A model generated the notes under the pieces. That model saw nothing but the letters and a program-made list of their open reading frames with translations. It made no database searches and was not told the DNA's origin. From the NCBI GenBank assembly GCA_963665125.2, contig CAXXUK010000001.1, forward strand, positions 2,912,001 to 2,976,000: DNA of 64,000 bases, in the 5' to 3' direction. Shown here one piece after another: positions 1-9,760 of this stretch. The DNA is from an uncultured Desulfarculus sp. (lineage in GTDB: Bacteria > Desulfobacterota > Desulfarculia > Desulfarculales > Desulfarculaceae). Each line of letters starts with the position of its first letter. The stretch's first letter is position 1. The position numbers and the translations under genes are program-made.

Positions 1-28
1 AGCTCACGGGTTTTGTTCCTTCCATATG

Positions 29-66
29 AAAACAGGGAAGCGCCCGGCCAGAGGGCGCCCCCGGGA
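29..66 (-). terminator. Probable intrinsic terminator of the CoA ligase gene
   Basis: Minus strand GGGGGCGCCC-loop-GGGCGCTTCCC followed by TGTTTT just after the stop at 72. Confidence 0.5.
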
Positions 67-71
67 AAAAG

Positions 72-1589
72 CTATTGGGCCAACTGGCCCCGCAGGGCGG
101 TCTTGAGGATCTTGCCCGTGGAGTTCTTGGGCAGGGCCTCGATGAACCGCACCTCCTTGACCTGCTTGAAACCGGCCAGGTTGTCGCGGCACACCTTGAT
201 TATGTCCTCTTCGGTGGCCTGCTGGTCGGGTTTGAGCACCACGAAGGCCACGGGGATCTCGCCCCACTTTTCATCGGGCCGGCCGGCAACGGCCACTTCG
301 GCCACGGCGGGGTGGCTTTGCAGGGTCTGTTCGATCTCGGCCGGATAGATGTTTTCGCCGCCGCTGATAATCATGTCCTTGAGCCGGTCGATGACGTAGA
401 CGCAGCCGTCTTCGTCGATGCGGCCCAGGTCGCCCGAGCGGTAGCAGCCGCCCTTGAGGACCTCGTCGCTGGCGGCCTGGTTCTCCCAATAGCCCAGGAA
501 CACCTGGGGGCCATAGAGGCAAAGCTCGCCCACCTCGCCTACGGGAAGCTCTTCGTCCGAGCCGGGCCTACAGACCTTGACCTGGCCGTGGCAGACGGCC
601 TTGCCCGCCGAGGCGCATTTGTCCATGCCGATGTCATTGGTCCAGAAGGTGATGGCCCCGGAATATTCCGTGGCGCCGTAGACCTGGGCGATCTTGAAGC
701 CCTTTTGGTCGTAGAGATGGATCAGGCTGGGCGGCACGGGCGAGGCGCCGCACACGAAATGGCGCAGGCTGGAAAGGTCGAATCCCGCCACCACCTCGGG
801 CGGCACCATGGCCATGGCCATGAGCATCAGGGGCACGGTCATCATGAAGTTGATGCGCTCGGCCTCGATGAGCTTGTACACGCCCACCGGGTCGAAGTCG
901 GACATATAGACCGTGGTCACGCCCAGATGCACGTTGGCGAACACCGGGGACAGACCGCCGATGTGGAACAGCGGCGCCACCAGCAAATAGCGGTCCTTGT
1001 GGGCCCAGCGCAAGGTATGGGACAGGCCCAGGGAGGCCCAGAAGGCGTTGTTGTGGCTCAGCGTAGCCCCCTTGGGCTTGCCCGTGGTGCCGGAGGTGTA
1101 CATGATCACGCAGGGGTCGTCGCCGCCGCCCTGGGGGGCCGGTTCATCAGCGGAACCCTGGGCCAGGAAATCCTCGAACTCCTGGTCCTGTCCCTGGCCG
1201 CCCTTGCGCAGCATGATGTGGGCCGGAATCTTGCCCCGCAGTTGCTCCACCACCGGAGCGAATTCGCCGTCATACAAAAGCAACTCGGCGCCACAGTTGT
1301 TGAGGATGTACTCCAACTCGGGCGCGGTGAGCCGCCAATTGAGGATGGCGGTGATCACGCCGATCTTGGCCGCGCCATACACGGCGCAGGTGATGTGCTC
1401 GTTGTTTTTACACAAAATGGCGATACGGTCGCCCTGTTTGATGCCGCTGGCCGCCATGGCCGAGGCAAAGCGGTTGGCCCGGGCATTGGCCTGGGCATAG
1501 GTGTAGCGGTATCCGGTCCCGACGCAGGCCTCCATGTCCGGAGACAAAAAAGCGCGGTTGGTCAGCATTTGGCCCAGATTTATTTTCAT
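72..1589 (-). CDS. Long-chain fatty acid--CoA ligase (ANL superfamily)
   Basis: YTSGTTGKPKG P-loop, YGATE, SGDLG, RLKDMIISGGENIYPAEIE, PKNSTGKI; GGAGG RBS. Confidence 0.95.
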   Translation of the reverse strand: MKINLGQMLTNRAFLSPDMEACVGTGYRYTYAQANARANRFASAMAASGIKQGDRIAILCKNNEHITCAVYGAAKIGVITAILNWRLTAPELEYILNNCGAELLLYDGEFAPVVEQLRGKIPAHIMLRKGGQGQDQEFEDFLAQGSADEPAPQGGGDDPCVIMYTSGTTGKPKGATLSHNNAFWASLGLSHTLRWAHKDRYLLVAPLFHIGGLSPVFANVHLGVTTVYMSDFDPVGVYKLIEAERINFMMTVPLMLMAMAMVPPEVVAGFDLSSLRHFVCGASPVPPSLIHLYDQKGFKIAQVYGATEYSGAITFWTNDIGMDKCASAGKAVCHGQVKVCRPGSDEELPVGEVGELCLYGPQVFLGYWENQAASDEVLKGGCYRSGDLGRIDEDGCVYVIDRLKDMIISGGENIYPAEIEQTLQSHPAVAEVAVAGRPDEKWGEIPVAFVVLKPDQQATEEDIIKVCRDNLAGFKQVKEVRFIEALPKNSTGKILKTALRGQLAQ

Positions 1590-1627
1590 GGCTCAAACCT
1601 CCAAAGGGTAATTGCGATCATTTTACA

Positions 1628-1669
1628 GAACAGTGTTCGCAGATTAAATATATCGTTCTTTGAAGTCAA
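1628..1669 (-). promoter_or_regulatory. Candidate sigma70 promoter of the CoA ligase with an adjacent palindrome
   Basis: Minus strand TTGACT (1669-1664), 17-nt spacer, TAATCT (1646-1641), then palindrome GAACACTGTTC (1638-1628). Confidence 0.5.
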
Positions 1670-1729
1670 GCCGAATCGGAAGGGAATAATGCGAAAGGTG
1701 GCGGGAGGTGTCTGAAGGTAATATTTAGG

Positions 1730-2954
1730 TGTCCTAGTCGAGAAAAGCGTTGACAGGTCAAGGTCCTAGCTGAAGGAGCCATGGCCTTCCGGTTAAGATG
1801 GTTCAAACCAAAAGAAGCATCTTAATTGAAAGGAAGGACCATGACTCAATCGCAGTATATCATCAACCGCAAGCTCAATATCCTGGAGTTGGGCCAGACT
1901 CTGGGAAACATCTCCGAGGCCTGCCGCAAGCTGGGCATCAGCCGCCAGCACTATTACGACATCAAGCAAGCTATCGATGAAGAAGGTCTGGAAGGGCTCT
2001 TGAAGAAGAGCCGCCGCGTGCCCAGGATCGGCAACCGTGTGGCCCCCGAGATAGAGCAAAAAGTGCTGGATTATTCTTTACAGTTTTCCACCCACGGCCA
2101 GACCAGGGTGGCCAACGAACTGAAGAAAATCGGTATCCAGGTCAGCGCCGGAGGCATTCGCAGCATCTGGCTACGGCACGATCTGACGCTCAAGGCACAG
2201 CGACTCAAGCGTCTGGAAAAATGGGCGGCGGAAAACACCGAGGTGCTTACCGAATCCCAGGTCCAGGCCCTGGAGACCGCCAAGCAGGAAAAAGAGGCCC
2301 ACGGTGAGGTGGAGAGCCCTCATCCCGGCTTTCTGGTGGCCCAGGACACCTGCTATGTGGGCATTATCAAGGGCATAGGCCGCGCATCTACCAGCAAACG
2401 GCCATCGACACCCACGGCAGCCACGGCTTTGCAAAGGTCTACCGGGAAAAGACGGCCCTGACCGCCGCCGACCTGCTCAACGACAGGGTGCTGCCTTTTT
2501 ACGACCATCACGGCATCAGGGTGCACCGGGTGCTCACCGATAACGGCCCGGAGTTGTGCGGTCGTCAAGACAGCCACCCATACGAGCTATTTCTGCACCT
2601 TAACGACATCGAGCACACCAGAACCAAGGTGCGCCATCCCCAGACCAATGGCGCGGTGGAGCGGCTTCACCAGACCATCCAGAATGAATTCTATGAGGTG
2701 GCCTTCCGGAAAAAGCTGTACCGCACGCTGGATGAAATCCAGGCCGACCTGGACGCCTTCATGAACTACTACAACACCGAACGAACCCATCAGGGCCGCT
2801 ATTGCCAGGGGCGCACCCCTTTTCAGACCTTTAACGACGGCCTGGAACAGTATCAAAAGCATGTCCATGAAGGGATAGAAATCGAGGACGCAGCGTAGTA
2901 ACCTAAGCCATCTGCCGGAAGGCCAAACTGTCAACGCAATTAGTGACTAGGACA
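1730..2954 (+). mobile_element. IS481-family insertion sequence, 1225 bp
   Basis: 27-bp terminal IRs TGTCCTAGTCgagAAaaGCGTTGACAG / TGTCCTAGTCactAAttGCGTTGACAG (22/27 match); 7-bp target duplication ATTTAGG at 1723-1729 and 2955-2961; TGT...ACA ends. Confidence 0.95.
1841..2898 (+). pseudogene. IS481-family DDE transposase, frameshifted
   Basis: N-terminal HTH (LGNISEACRKLGISRQHYY), QDT, TDNG and AVERL DDE motifs split over two frames; extra GC in CGCGC at 2381-2385; removing it gives a continuous 351-aa ORF (GIGRIYQQTAIDT). Confidence 0.9.
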
Positions 2955-3027
2955 ATTTAGGAGTACCTGTCCCCGGCCGCAATCCCGGCAGGCATCAGGG
3001 TTGCGACCGGGCGGCCGGTCTGGTCCG

Positions 3028-3507
3028 TCACTTGCCGCCTCTGTCCAGGCAAGGCAGTTTCCGTTTTTCCATGTTCCAGTACACACAGGTTTCCGGCCAG
3101 GTCCGGCATATCTCCATATGCTTTCCCGAGACCTTTGATATCACTATGGGATGTCCACCCTGTTCCTTAACGGTTTGTATTGCCTGTTCCTTTGAGACGT
3201 AACCAGCCTTGCCAACCTCGACCAGGCCGTCGGCAAGTTCATCAAGGTACACCGACTTGGTCTCCGGGGTTCCATCGAACGCGCCGTAGCATGCCCTTGG
3301 CCCAACGGCGCACCTTTCAGCCTTGTTGATATATTCGGCGGCCTGGTCCGTGTTTAGTTTTATAGGCTCCAGACCGGCTATGAGGGTTTGCAGTTTTTGA
3401 CCTTCGCTGGTGCCGGCACTGGGCGCTTCCGTTGAGGTCAACAGGCTTACCAAGGCCTTGACCTGTTTGACCACCAACCCTGATTTGTAATCTTCCACTG
3501 TAGCCAT
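3028..3507 (-). CDS. Hypothetical Cys-motif protein, possibly Fe-S/metal binding
   Basis: AAGGAG RBS before ATG 3507; CAVGPRAC, ICRTWPETC motifs. Confidence 0.7.
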   Translation of the reverse strand: MATVEDYKSGLVVKQVKALVSLLTSTEAPSAGTSEGQKLQTLIAGLEPIKLNTDQAAEYINKAERCAVGPRACYGAFDGTPETKSVYLDELADGLVEVGKAGYVSKEQAIQTVKEQGGHPIVISKVSGKHMEICRTWPETCVYWNMEKRKLPCLDRGGK

Positions 3508-3641
3508 ACTCAACTCCTTTTTTGGTTGCCTTGGTTATTGCCAAAGGCTGTCATGGTCCCCAACGTAGCCCTTGACTTGCCTTGGCGACAGTGGCAAATA
3601 CGACATATAAAAGGCCATTTGCGTCAAACGGGGGAAGCAAC

Positions 3642-4625
3642 ATGCTCAAAGTGACCATTCTCGGTTTTCCCAAGGCATCTCCATCATCAGTGGTTGGGCC
3701 TTTGGACGTATTTGCCCAGAGCGGTATTTTTTGGAACAGGCTGACCGGCCTGGACACCAACAAATATTTCGATGTCGAGTTGGTGACGCCCGACGGCGGG
3801 CCGCTTAACTGCATGAACGGCGTGGTCATGCAGCCAAAGCGGCCGATGCAGGAAGTGGAACGGACGGATCTGATCGTCATGTCGTCCATCGCCGATTTCT
3901 TTCATATCCGGCAAACCCAGAGCGAGGCCTTGGAATGGGTAAAAGGGCATTACGCCAACGGCGCCATGCTGGCCAGCGTTTGCACGGGGGCCTTTTTCCT
4001 GGCCGAAACAGGACTGTTGGACGGCAAGACCGCCACCACCCATTGGGGTTTCGCCCCGCTGTTTGCAAAGAGATATCCCAACATCCTGTTAAGGCAGGAT
4101 AAATTCATCACAGACGAAGGCAACCTGTTTTGCTCCGGCGGTGTGAGTTCCGGAGTTGATTTGGCTTTTTACCTGGTTGAAAAACTGATCGGCTACCAGG
4201 AGGCCATGCAGTGCGCCAAGGCCCTTGCCCACGATTATGTCCGTGACACCCAGAGGCCTTACGGGTCTCTTTTGGCGCCGGCAAACCACAATGACGGCCA
4301 GATCGTCTTTGCCCAAAAACATATTGAGGATAATTTTGACAAGCACCTGGCCGTCGAGGAGTTGGCCCAAGCAACCGGTATGGCCAGGCGGACATTTGAA
4401 AGGCGGTTCAAGCAGGCCACGGGACAAACGCCCCTGTCATACCTGCAAAGAGCCAGGGTCGAGGCCGCCAAGAGGTTGCTGGAATCGACAAATCACAGCT
4501 TTGAGGAAATCACCTGCAAGGTCGGCTATGAAGATTGCGGTTCATTCCGTCGCATCTTCATGAAGGTGGCCGGAATCCTGCCCAGGGAATACAGGCAAAA
4601 GTTCAAGCCGTCGGCTCCAGCCTGA
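3642..4625 (+). CDS. GlxA-family regulator (DJ-1/PfpI domain plus AraC HTH)
   Basis: SVCTGAFFLAETGLLDGKTATTHW, C-terminal AraC double HTH (RRTFERRFK, VGYED..FRRIF). Confidence 0.93.
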   Translation: MLKVTILGFPKASPSSVVGPLDVFAQSGIFWNRLTGLDTNKYFDVELVTPDGGPLNCMNGVVMQPKRPMQEVERTDLIVMSSIADFFHIRQTQSEALEWVKGHYANGAMLASVCTGAFFLAETGLLDGKTATTHWGFAPLFAKRYPNILLRQDKFITDEGNLFCSGGVSSGVDLAFYLVEKLIGYQEAMQCAKALAHDYVRDTQRPYGSLLAPANHNDGQIVFAQKHIEDNFDKHLAVEELAQATGMARRTFERRFKQATGQTPLSYLQRARVEAAKRLLESTNHSFEEITCKVGYEDCGSFRRIFMKVAGILPREYRQKFKPSAPA

Positions 4626-4653
4626 TGCGCCCGTACTTGGCCGAAGGCGACCG

Positions 4654-6471
4654 TCAAGAAAAGACCACAACCCTGTTGCGGCCCCGTTTCTTGGCCTTGT
4701 ACAAGGCCGCGTCCGCCCTGCCGAAAATGTCCTCACGGGAGTCACCAGGCCTTTGCTGGGTCACCCCGATGCTGATGGTCGCCCCGGCCTGGCCGCCATC
4801 GGGCAAGGTGATCTTGAGGTCGGCAAAACTGGCGCGCAGCCGTTCGGCCACCTTTTGGGCCTGGCCCGCGTCGACTCCCGGCAGGATCACCGCGAACTCC
4901 TCGCCGCCATAGCGGAAGGCAATGTCATTGTTGCGCAGGGCCTCCCGGAACAGGTCCCCCAGACCGGCCAGGACCAGGTCGCCGGCCGCGTGGCCATAGG
5001 TGTCGTTGAAGGTCTTGAAGTGGTCCACGTCGCAGACCAGCATTGAAAGCGAAAGCCCCATGCCGCGGGCCTGGTTCATTTCGCTGGGCAGCTTGTCCTG
5101 AAACCAGCGTTTGTTGTACAGGCCGGTCAGTCCGTCGGTAATCGACAATACCGTAAGCGTGCGCTCTTTTTCCTTGAGCCGGGACCTTTCGGTTTGCAGC
5201 AATTTGATGCGGTCGGCCAGGGCCAGGGCCAGCAGGACCGACTCCGCCGCCGCGCCGATGCAGACCATATTGTTTATTACAAACGAATGGGGCACCAGGC
5301 CCAGCCCCGAAGCCGCGTAAACCATTGTAAAGCCCATCAGAACCAGCCAGCCCGCCAGGTAGTAGCGGGCCGGGGTGTAGCCGCCCCGCCAGATAATGAC
5401 CGCGCTGATCAAAAAGAAAACCGGAACGGCAAAGCCCATGGTGTAGGCCATGGCGTTGGCAATATCAAAAAATCCGGCCGAGGAAATGATCAGGTTGACC
5501 ACCGACAGAATCATGATGCCCTTGAAAAAGCCGTCGATGACCGGGTAACGGCTCTTGGTGCCCAAAAATTCCCTGGCAAACACCGTGGCGAAAAAGAAGG
5601 ACAGGGCGAAAAACGTAAGTACATAGTCCGACAGATACCGCGGGTTCATCCCGATACCCAGGGGCCAGCCGGTCAACAGCGCCTGATAGGGGATCATGGC
5701 CACCATATAGGCGCAGTAGGCGCCATAGACCCTGTCCCGCAAAAACAGGGCCACTGCCAAGTTGTACAACAGCATGGCCACCATGATTCCGGCGGTAAGG
5801 CCAAAGAACAGGTATTCGAAACGGATGTAGCCTTCAAAGGCCTGTTTGCTGAACAGGGTCAGCGAATAGCTCACCACCTTGCTGCGGATGCGCACATATA
5901 TATAGGCGTCCACGTCGATATCGGAGGGCAGTTCCAACGCCCGGATGCGGTGCCCCAGGTCGTCGCCCGCTATAATGCGCTCGGTGCCGGCCCGGAGGTG
6001 TTTGTATTGGCCCGGTTTGCCGCCGCGAAGGGGCAGGTAGACATCCACCTCGGGCACCAGCACCCTGGTGGCAACCAGGTACATAGCGGGTAATTCACCA
6101 CTGCCGGTGTTGTTGGCCAGCCTAAAACGAAACCAATAGGCCGCCGAATCCAGGCCGTAGCTGAACGTTTCCGCTTTGTTGGGTTTGAAAGTGGCCGACC
6201 AGGGCGGGGTCGACACCTGGTCAATGGTCAAATTGTCGGTTGGGTCGCGGAGCACCTCGGAGTGGGGCCCCAACAAGGTTTCGTTGAAATTTCGGCCTAT
6301 TGCAACAGGCTGCGTCCCCGAGTCGCGGGCCCATACCGGAACCGGTCCCGTCAACTGCATCAGCAACACAAGGGCCAAAAGCAATGACGCCATGTGCATG
6401 GAAGACGGTGCATTTCCAAGGTGATTGGCACTACGATCCAGCAAGATATTCCGTCTCACGAGCAAAGCCAA
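4654..6471 (-). CDS. 7TM-DISM sensor diguanylate cyclase
   Basis: Signal peptide (true start may be ATG 6399 or 6393), DISMED2-like periplasmic domain (AYWFRFRL), 7 TM helices, GGEEF with RxxD I-site. Confidence 0.9.
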   Translation of the reverse strand: MALLVRRNILLDRSANHLGNAPSSMHMASLLLALVLLMQLTGPVPVWARDSGTQPVAIGRNFNETLLGPHSEVLRDPTDNLTIDQVSTPPWSATFKPNKAETFSYGLDSAAYWFRFRLANNTGSGELPAMYLVATRVLVPEVDVYLPLRGGKPGQYKHLRAGTERIIAGDDLGHRIRALELPSDIDVDAYIYVRIRSKVVSYSLTLFSKQAFEGYIRFEYLFFGLTAGIMVAMLLYNLAVALFLRDRVYGAYCAYMVAMIPYQALLTGWPLGIGMNPRYLSDYVLTFFALSFFFATVFAREFLGTKSRYPVIDGFFKGIMILSVVNLIISSAGFFDIANAMAYTMGFAVPVFFLISAVIIWRGGYTPARYYLAGWLVLMGFTMVYAASGLGLVPHSFVINNMVCIGAAAESVLLALALADRIKLLQTERSRLKEKERTLTVLSITDGLTGLYNKRWFQDKLPSEMNQARGMGLSLSMLVCDVDHFKTFNDTYGHAAGDLVLAGLGDLFREALRNNDIAFRYGGEEFAVILPGVDAGQAQKVAERLRASFADLKITLPDGGQAGATISIGVTQQRPGDSREDIFGRADAALYKAKKRGRNRVVVFS

Positions 6472-6623
6472 TTTCAGGCGTAATAAAGCAGGCCTTTTTA
6501 GATATTAGCTTCCGCCACAGACAACCGTCAACAAATCAAGCCATGGGCGCATTCATTACAAAAAAAATGCCGAGGCATAACTTTTCTGGATAATCAGGCC
6601 CTGATTGTGTATATTCAATCGTA

Positions 6624-6643
6624 ATATGACAGTCAATTCACAT
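6624..6643 (+). promoter_or_regulatory. Candidate TetR operator (autoregulatory)
   Basis: ATATGACAGTCAATTCACAT; 16/20 identical to the site at 8163-8182. Confidence 0.55.
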
Positions 6644-6660
6644 TGAGAGTGTCCGTACTA

Positions 6661-7929
6661 ATGAACTCCCCAACCCCAAACAGCCTGCGTGCGGCCCGGG
6701 TAATCACCCCAAGAGGGCGAAAAACCCGCGAGACTCTGTTGGAGGCAGCCCTTGACGTGTTCAAGGAGCAGGGGTTTTACGCTGCCAGCGTGGCCGAAAT
6801 CAACCGTCGCAGCGGGGTGAGCCAGGGGACCTTCTATCAGTATTTCAGCAGTAAAGACCAACTGTTATTGGAACTTGTCGACCGTATTGTCGCGGGCTTT
6901 TGGCAAAAAGCCCACCTCCTGGACTTGCAAAGCATGGACCCCCGGCGGCGCTTGCAGGAGGTGGTGCACCTGCTGTTCGAGCATAACCGGGATAATTATA
7001 AATTCCACTTTATTCTCGGTGAGTTGGAGCTAATAGATCCGGTCACGGTAACCTACTGGGACTCCATAGCCCGTTATTACCGCGGCTTTATCCGCGACGA
7101 GGCCGCCGTGGGAACCCTGCGGCCCTTGGACCCAAACCTGTTCGCCTACGGCCTGTTGGGCATGGCCCACTTCAACTTTCCGGATTGGGGCTCCAAGGTG
7201 CCGCCCCTGGCCACTGAGGAGGCCGCCGAAAGCACAGTGGAATTGATCCGCAAAGGCATAAGCGGCAGCGCCCCGTGGCAGCCCGCCGAGGGCGCCAAGG
7301 TCCCCACCGAGGACCCGGAATACAGCTTTGAAAGCGCCGATCAGGCGGCCCAAACCCAGGGCCAAAAGACCCGCATGCAGATCCTTCGCGCGGCCGAGCG
7401 CATCTTTGGCCAGATGGGGTACAACCGGGCATCCATCGCCGACATCACCCGCGAAGCCGGGGTGGCCCAGGGCACATTCTATGTCCATTTCAAGAGTAAA
7501 TTAGAGCTGTTGGAGGGGGTTATCGTTTACCTTGGGCGTTCCCTGCGCCACAGCCTTGGCCGAATCACCAAGGAGTGCCAAGACCAGCGCGACGCCGAAA
7601 AACAAGGCATGCTGGCCTTCTTCGATTTCGTGCGCGAGCACCGCGAACTCTACCGCGTGGTGGGCGAATGCGAATCCATCAGCCCGGCCACGGCCAAGAT
7701 GTATTACCGCCGCATGGCCGACCGCTATCTGCTCAATGTGCAGCGGGGCAAAAAGCTGGGCCAGGTCCGGGAACTGCCCGCCCGTTTCCTGGTGCGCTCC
7801 CTGATGGGCTTTGGCCACATGATCGGCCTGAAGTGGCTGATCTGGACCAACTCTCCCCACGCAGAGATACCGGCCCATCTGGTCTCCGAGGCCGCCGATT
7901 TCGTGCTTTTCGGGCTTGAACCCCGTTAG
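6661..7929 (+). CDS. Tandem double TetR-family regulator
   Basis: Two complete TetR HTHs (SVAEINRRSGVSQGTFYQYF; SIADITREAGVAQGTFYVHF), each with its own C-terminal domain. Confidence 0.93.
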   Translation: MNSPTPNSLRAARVITPRGRKTRETLLEAALDVFKEQGFYAASVAEINRRSGVSQGTFYQYFSSKDQLLLELVDRIVAGFWQKAHLLDLQSMDPRRRLQEVVHLLFEHNRDNYKFHFILGELELIDPVTVTYWDSIARYYRGFIRDEAAVGTLRPLDPNLFAYGLLGMAHFNFPDWGSKVPPLATEEAAESTVELIRKGISGSAPWQPAEGAKVPTEDPEYSFESADQAAQTQGQKTRMQILRAAERIFGQMGYNRASIADITREAGVAQGTFYVHFKSKLELLEGVIVYLGRSLRHSLGRITKECQDQRDAEKQGMLAFFDFVREHRELYRVVGECESISPATAKMYYRRMADRYLLNVQRGKKLGQVRELPARFLVRSLMGFGHMIGLKWLIWTNSPHAEIPAHLVSEAADFVLFGLEPR

Positions 7930-8132
7930 AGCCGCCCTGGCCGCCAAGGCATCCCCAGAGCCAAACGCCTAATTTCCTACTAAATTTTACTTATTTACCG
8001 ATTCAACTAAATTTTCCGTGTTCAACAAGGGTCCCTCTCAATACCCCCGTCGCATCATCATTCTTAATTAATCTATTATTTCTTTTAGTTATACTTTTTT
8101 AAAAAAAGTAAAAACAATGTTCATTTTTCCCC

Positions 8133-8182
8133 TTGACTTTGAGGGAGCCGTTTTGAAAAGATATCTGACAGCCGGTTCACAT
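8133..8182 (+). promoter_or_regulatory. Candidate promoter and TetR operator of the SDR-ABC-FabH operon
   Basis: TTGACT at 8133-8138 after an AT-rich tract; ATCTGACAGCCGGTTCACAT at 8163-8182. Confidence 0.55.
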
Positions 8183-8251
8183 GTCATTGATTAGTGAGAT
8201 TGTGTTTTGAACATGCGCTGCATACATTCGGAATAAGGAAAGGCAACGCGC

Positions 8252-8998
8252 TTGGCGGCAATGTCAGGACAACACATAATAGTCACCGGAGCCAGCTCCG
8301 GCATTGGCGAAGCCCTGGCCAAACGGTTTCTTGAAGCCGGAGCCAAGGTGGCCGTGTTTGCCCGCCGCCGCGAGCGGCTGGACACCCTGGCCGACCGGTA
8401 TCCCCAAAACTGCCTGGTGGTGGCCGGTGACCTGACCAATTCCGCCGACCGCCAGCGCCTGGTTGACGAAACCGTCAAGGCCTGGGGCCGCATCGACATC
8501 CTGGTCAACAACGCGGGCCTGGGTCCGTTCGGCGGCTTCTTGGAGGCCGGTCAGGACCTGTGGCGCGACGTGTTCGAGCTCAATGTCTTTGCCCAGGTCT
8601 TTCTGACCCAGGCGGTATTGCCGGTGATGCTGGGCCAAGGCTCGGGCCTTATCGTCAACATCGCGTCCATCGGCGGACTCATCGCCCACTCCGACAATGT
8701 CACGCCGTATGTGGCCAGCAAACACGCCCTGGTGGGCCTGTCCCGGGGCCTGCAAAAAGACCTGGCCGGAAGCGGCGTGCGGGTCAAGGCCGTCTGCCCA
8801 CACCTTACGGTCACAGAGCTTTTTTCCGCCTCGCCGGGGGCGGATCAGGCGGCCCCTGAAATCGAAAAATACAGGTCCTTCATGGACAGCGCCGATGATG
8901 TGGCCGCGGGCATCCTGGAGCAACTGGATGATGACGGCCTGATCCTGTTCCCAACGGGCAAGGCCCGCAAAGCCTATGAAAAGGCCAGGGAGATATAG
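8252..8998 (+). CDS. SDR-family oxidoreductase
   Basis: TGASSGIG, NNAG, YVASK. Confidence 0.93.
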   Translation: MAAMSGQHIIVTGASSGIGEALAKRFLEAGAKVAVFARRRERLDTLADRYPQNCLVVAGDLTNSADRQRLVDETVKAWGRIDILVNNAGLGPFGGFLEAGQDLWRDVFELNVFAQVFLTQAVLPVMLGQGSGLIVNIASIGGLIAHSDNVTPYVASKHALVGLSRGLQKDLAGSGVRVKAVCPHLTVTELFSASPGADQAAPEIEKYRSFMDSADDVAAGILEQLDDDGLILFPTGKARKAYEKAREI

Positions 8999-9745
8999 AT
9001 GAACGACCGGGCCATAAACAGCGCCTTGGTAACCGGCGGCGGATCGGGCATGGGCCGGGCCGTGGCCCTTCGCCTGGCCGTGGAAAACGCCCAGGTCTTC
9101 GTGGCCGATATCGACTTGAAGGCCGCAGAGGACGTGGCCACCCAAATCATCCAAAACGGCGGCAGGGCCCAGGCTCTGGTCGTGGACGTGGGCGATGCCG
9201 GGTCCGTGGAGAGGATGTTCGACTTCGTGGCCGGACTGACCCAGGGCCTGGACATGCTGGTGCACTGCGCGGCTATAATGGGAGACACGGCCTTTATCCA
9301 GGACGTCAGCGACGAGCAGTGGCGGCGGATGATGACCGTCACCCTGGACGGCGCTTTTTACTGCGCCCGGGGTGCCGTGCGGCTCATGGCCCAAAGCGGC
9401 GGCGGCCGGATTCTGCTTTTTTCATCCGTGGCTTCTCTCACCCCCACGCCCGGCGCCCTGCCCTATTCGGCGGCCAAGGGCGGCGTCAACATGCTGGGCC
9501 GCACCCTGGCCCTGGAAGCGGCCAAGCACAACATCAAGGTCAACGTGGTCGCGCCGGGCTACATCGATACGCCCATGCTCAACGCCCTGCCCCAGGGTTT
9601 TGGCGACTACATCATCAAGAAAACACCCCTGAAGCGCCTGGGCAAGGTGGAGGAGATCGCCGGGTTGGTGGCCTTTTTGGCCTCGCCCGAGGCGGATTTC
9701 ATCACCGGACAGGTCATCAGCCCCAACGGCGGGCTGGTCATATAG
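8999..9745 (+). CDS. SDR-family oxidoreductase (FabG-like)
   Basis: TGGGSGMG, YSAAK, VAPGYIDT, FITGQVI. Confidence 0.93.
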   Translation: MNDRAINSALVTGGGSGMGRAVALRLAVENAQVFVADIDLKAAEDVATQIIQNGGRAQALVVDVGDAGSVERMFDFVAGLTQGLDMLVHCAAIMGDTAFIQDVSDEQWRRMMTVTLDGAFYCARGAVRLMAQSGGGRILLFSSVASLTPTPGALPYSAAKGGVNMLGRTLALEAAKHNIKVNVVAPGYIDTPMLNALPQGFGDYIIKKTPLKRLGKVEEIAGLVAFLASPEADFITGQVISPNGGLVI

Positions 9746-9760
9746 CGGAGAAAGCCGTAG

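Noticed and set aside
1826..2898. IS3-style orfA/orfB programmed frameshift
   Set aside because: No slippery A-run; the motifs fit a single-ORF IS481 transposase broken by a 2-bp insertion.
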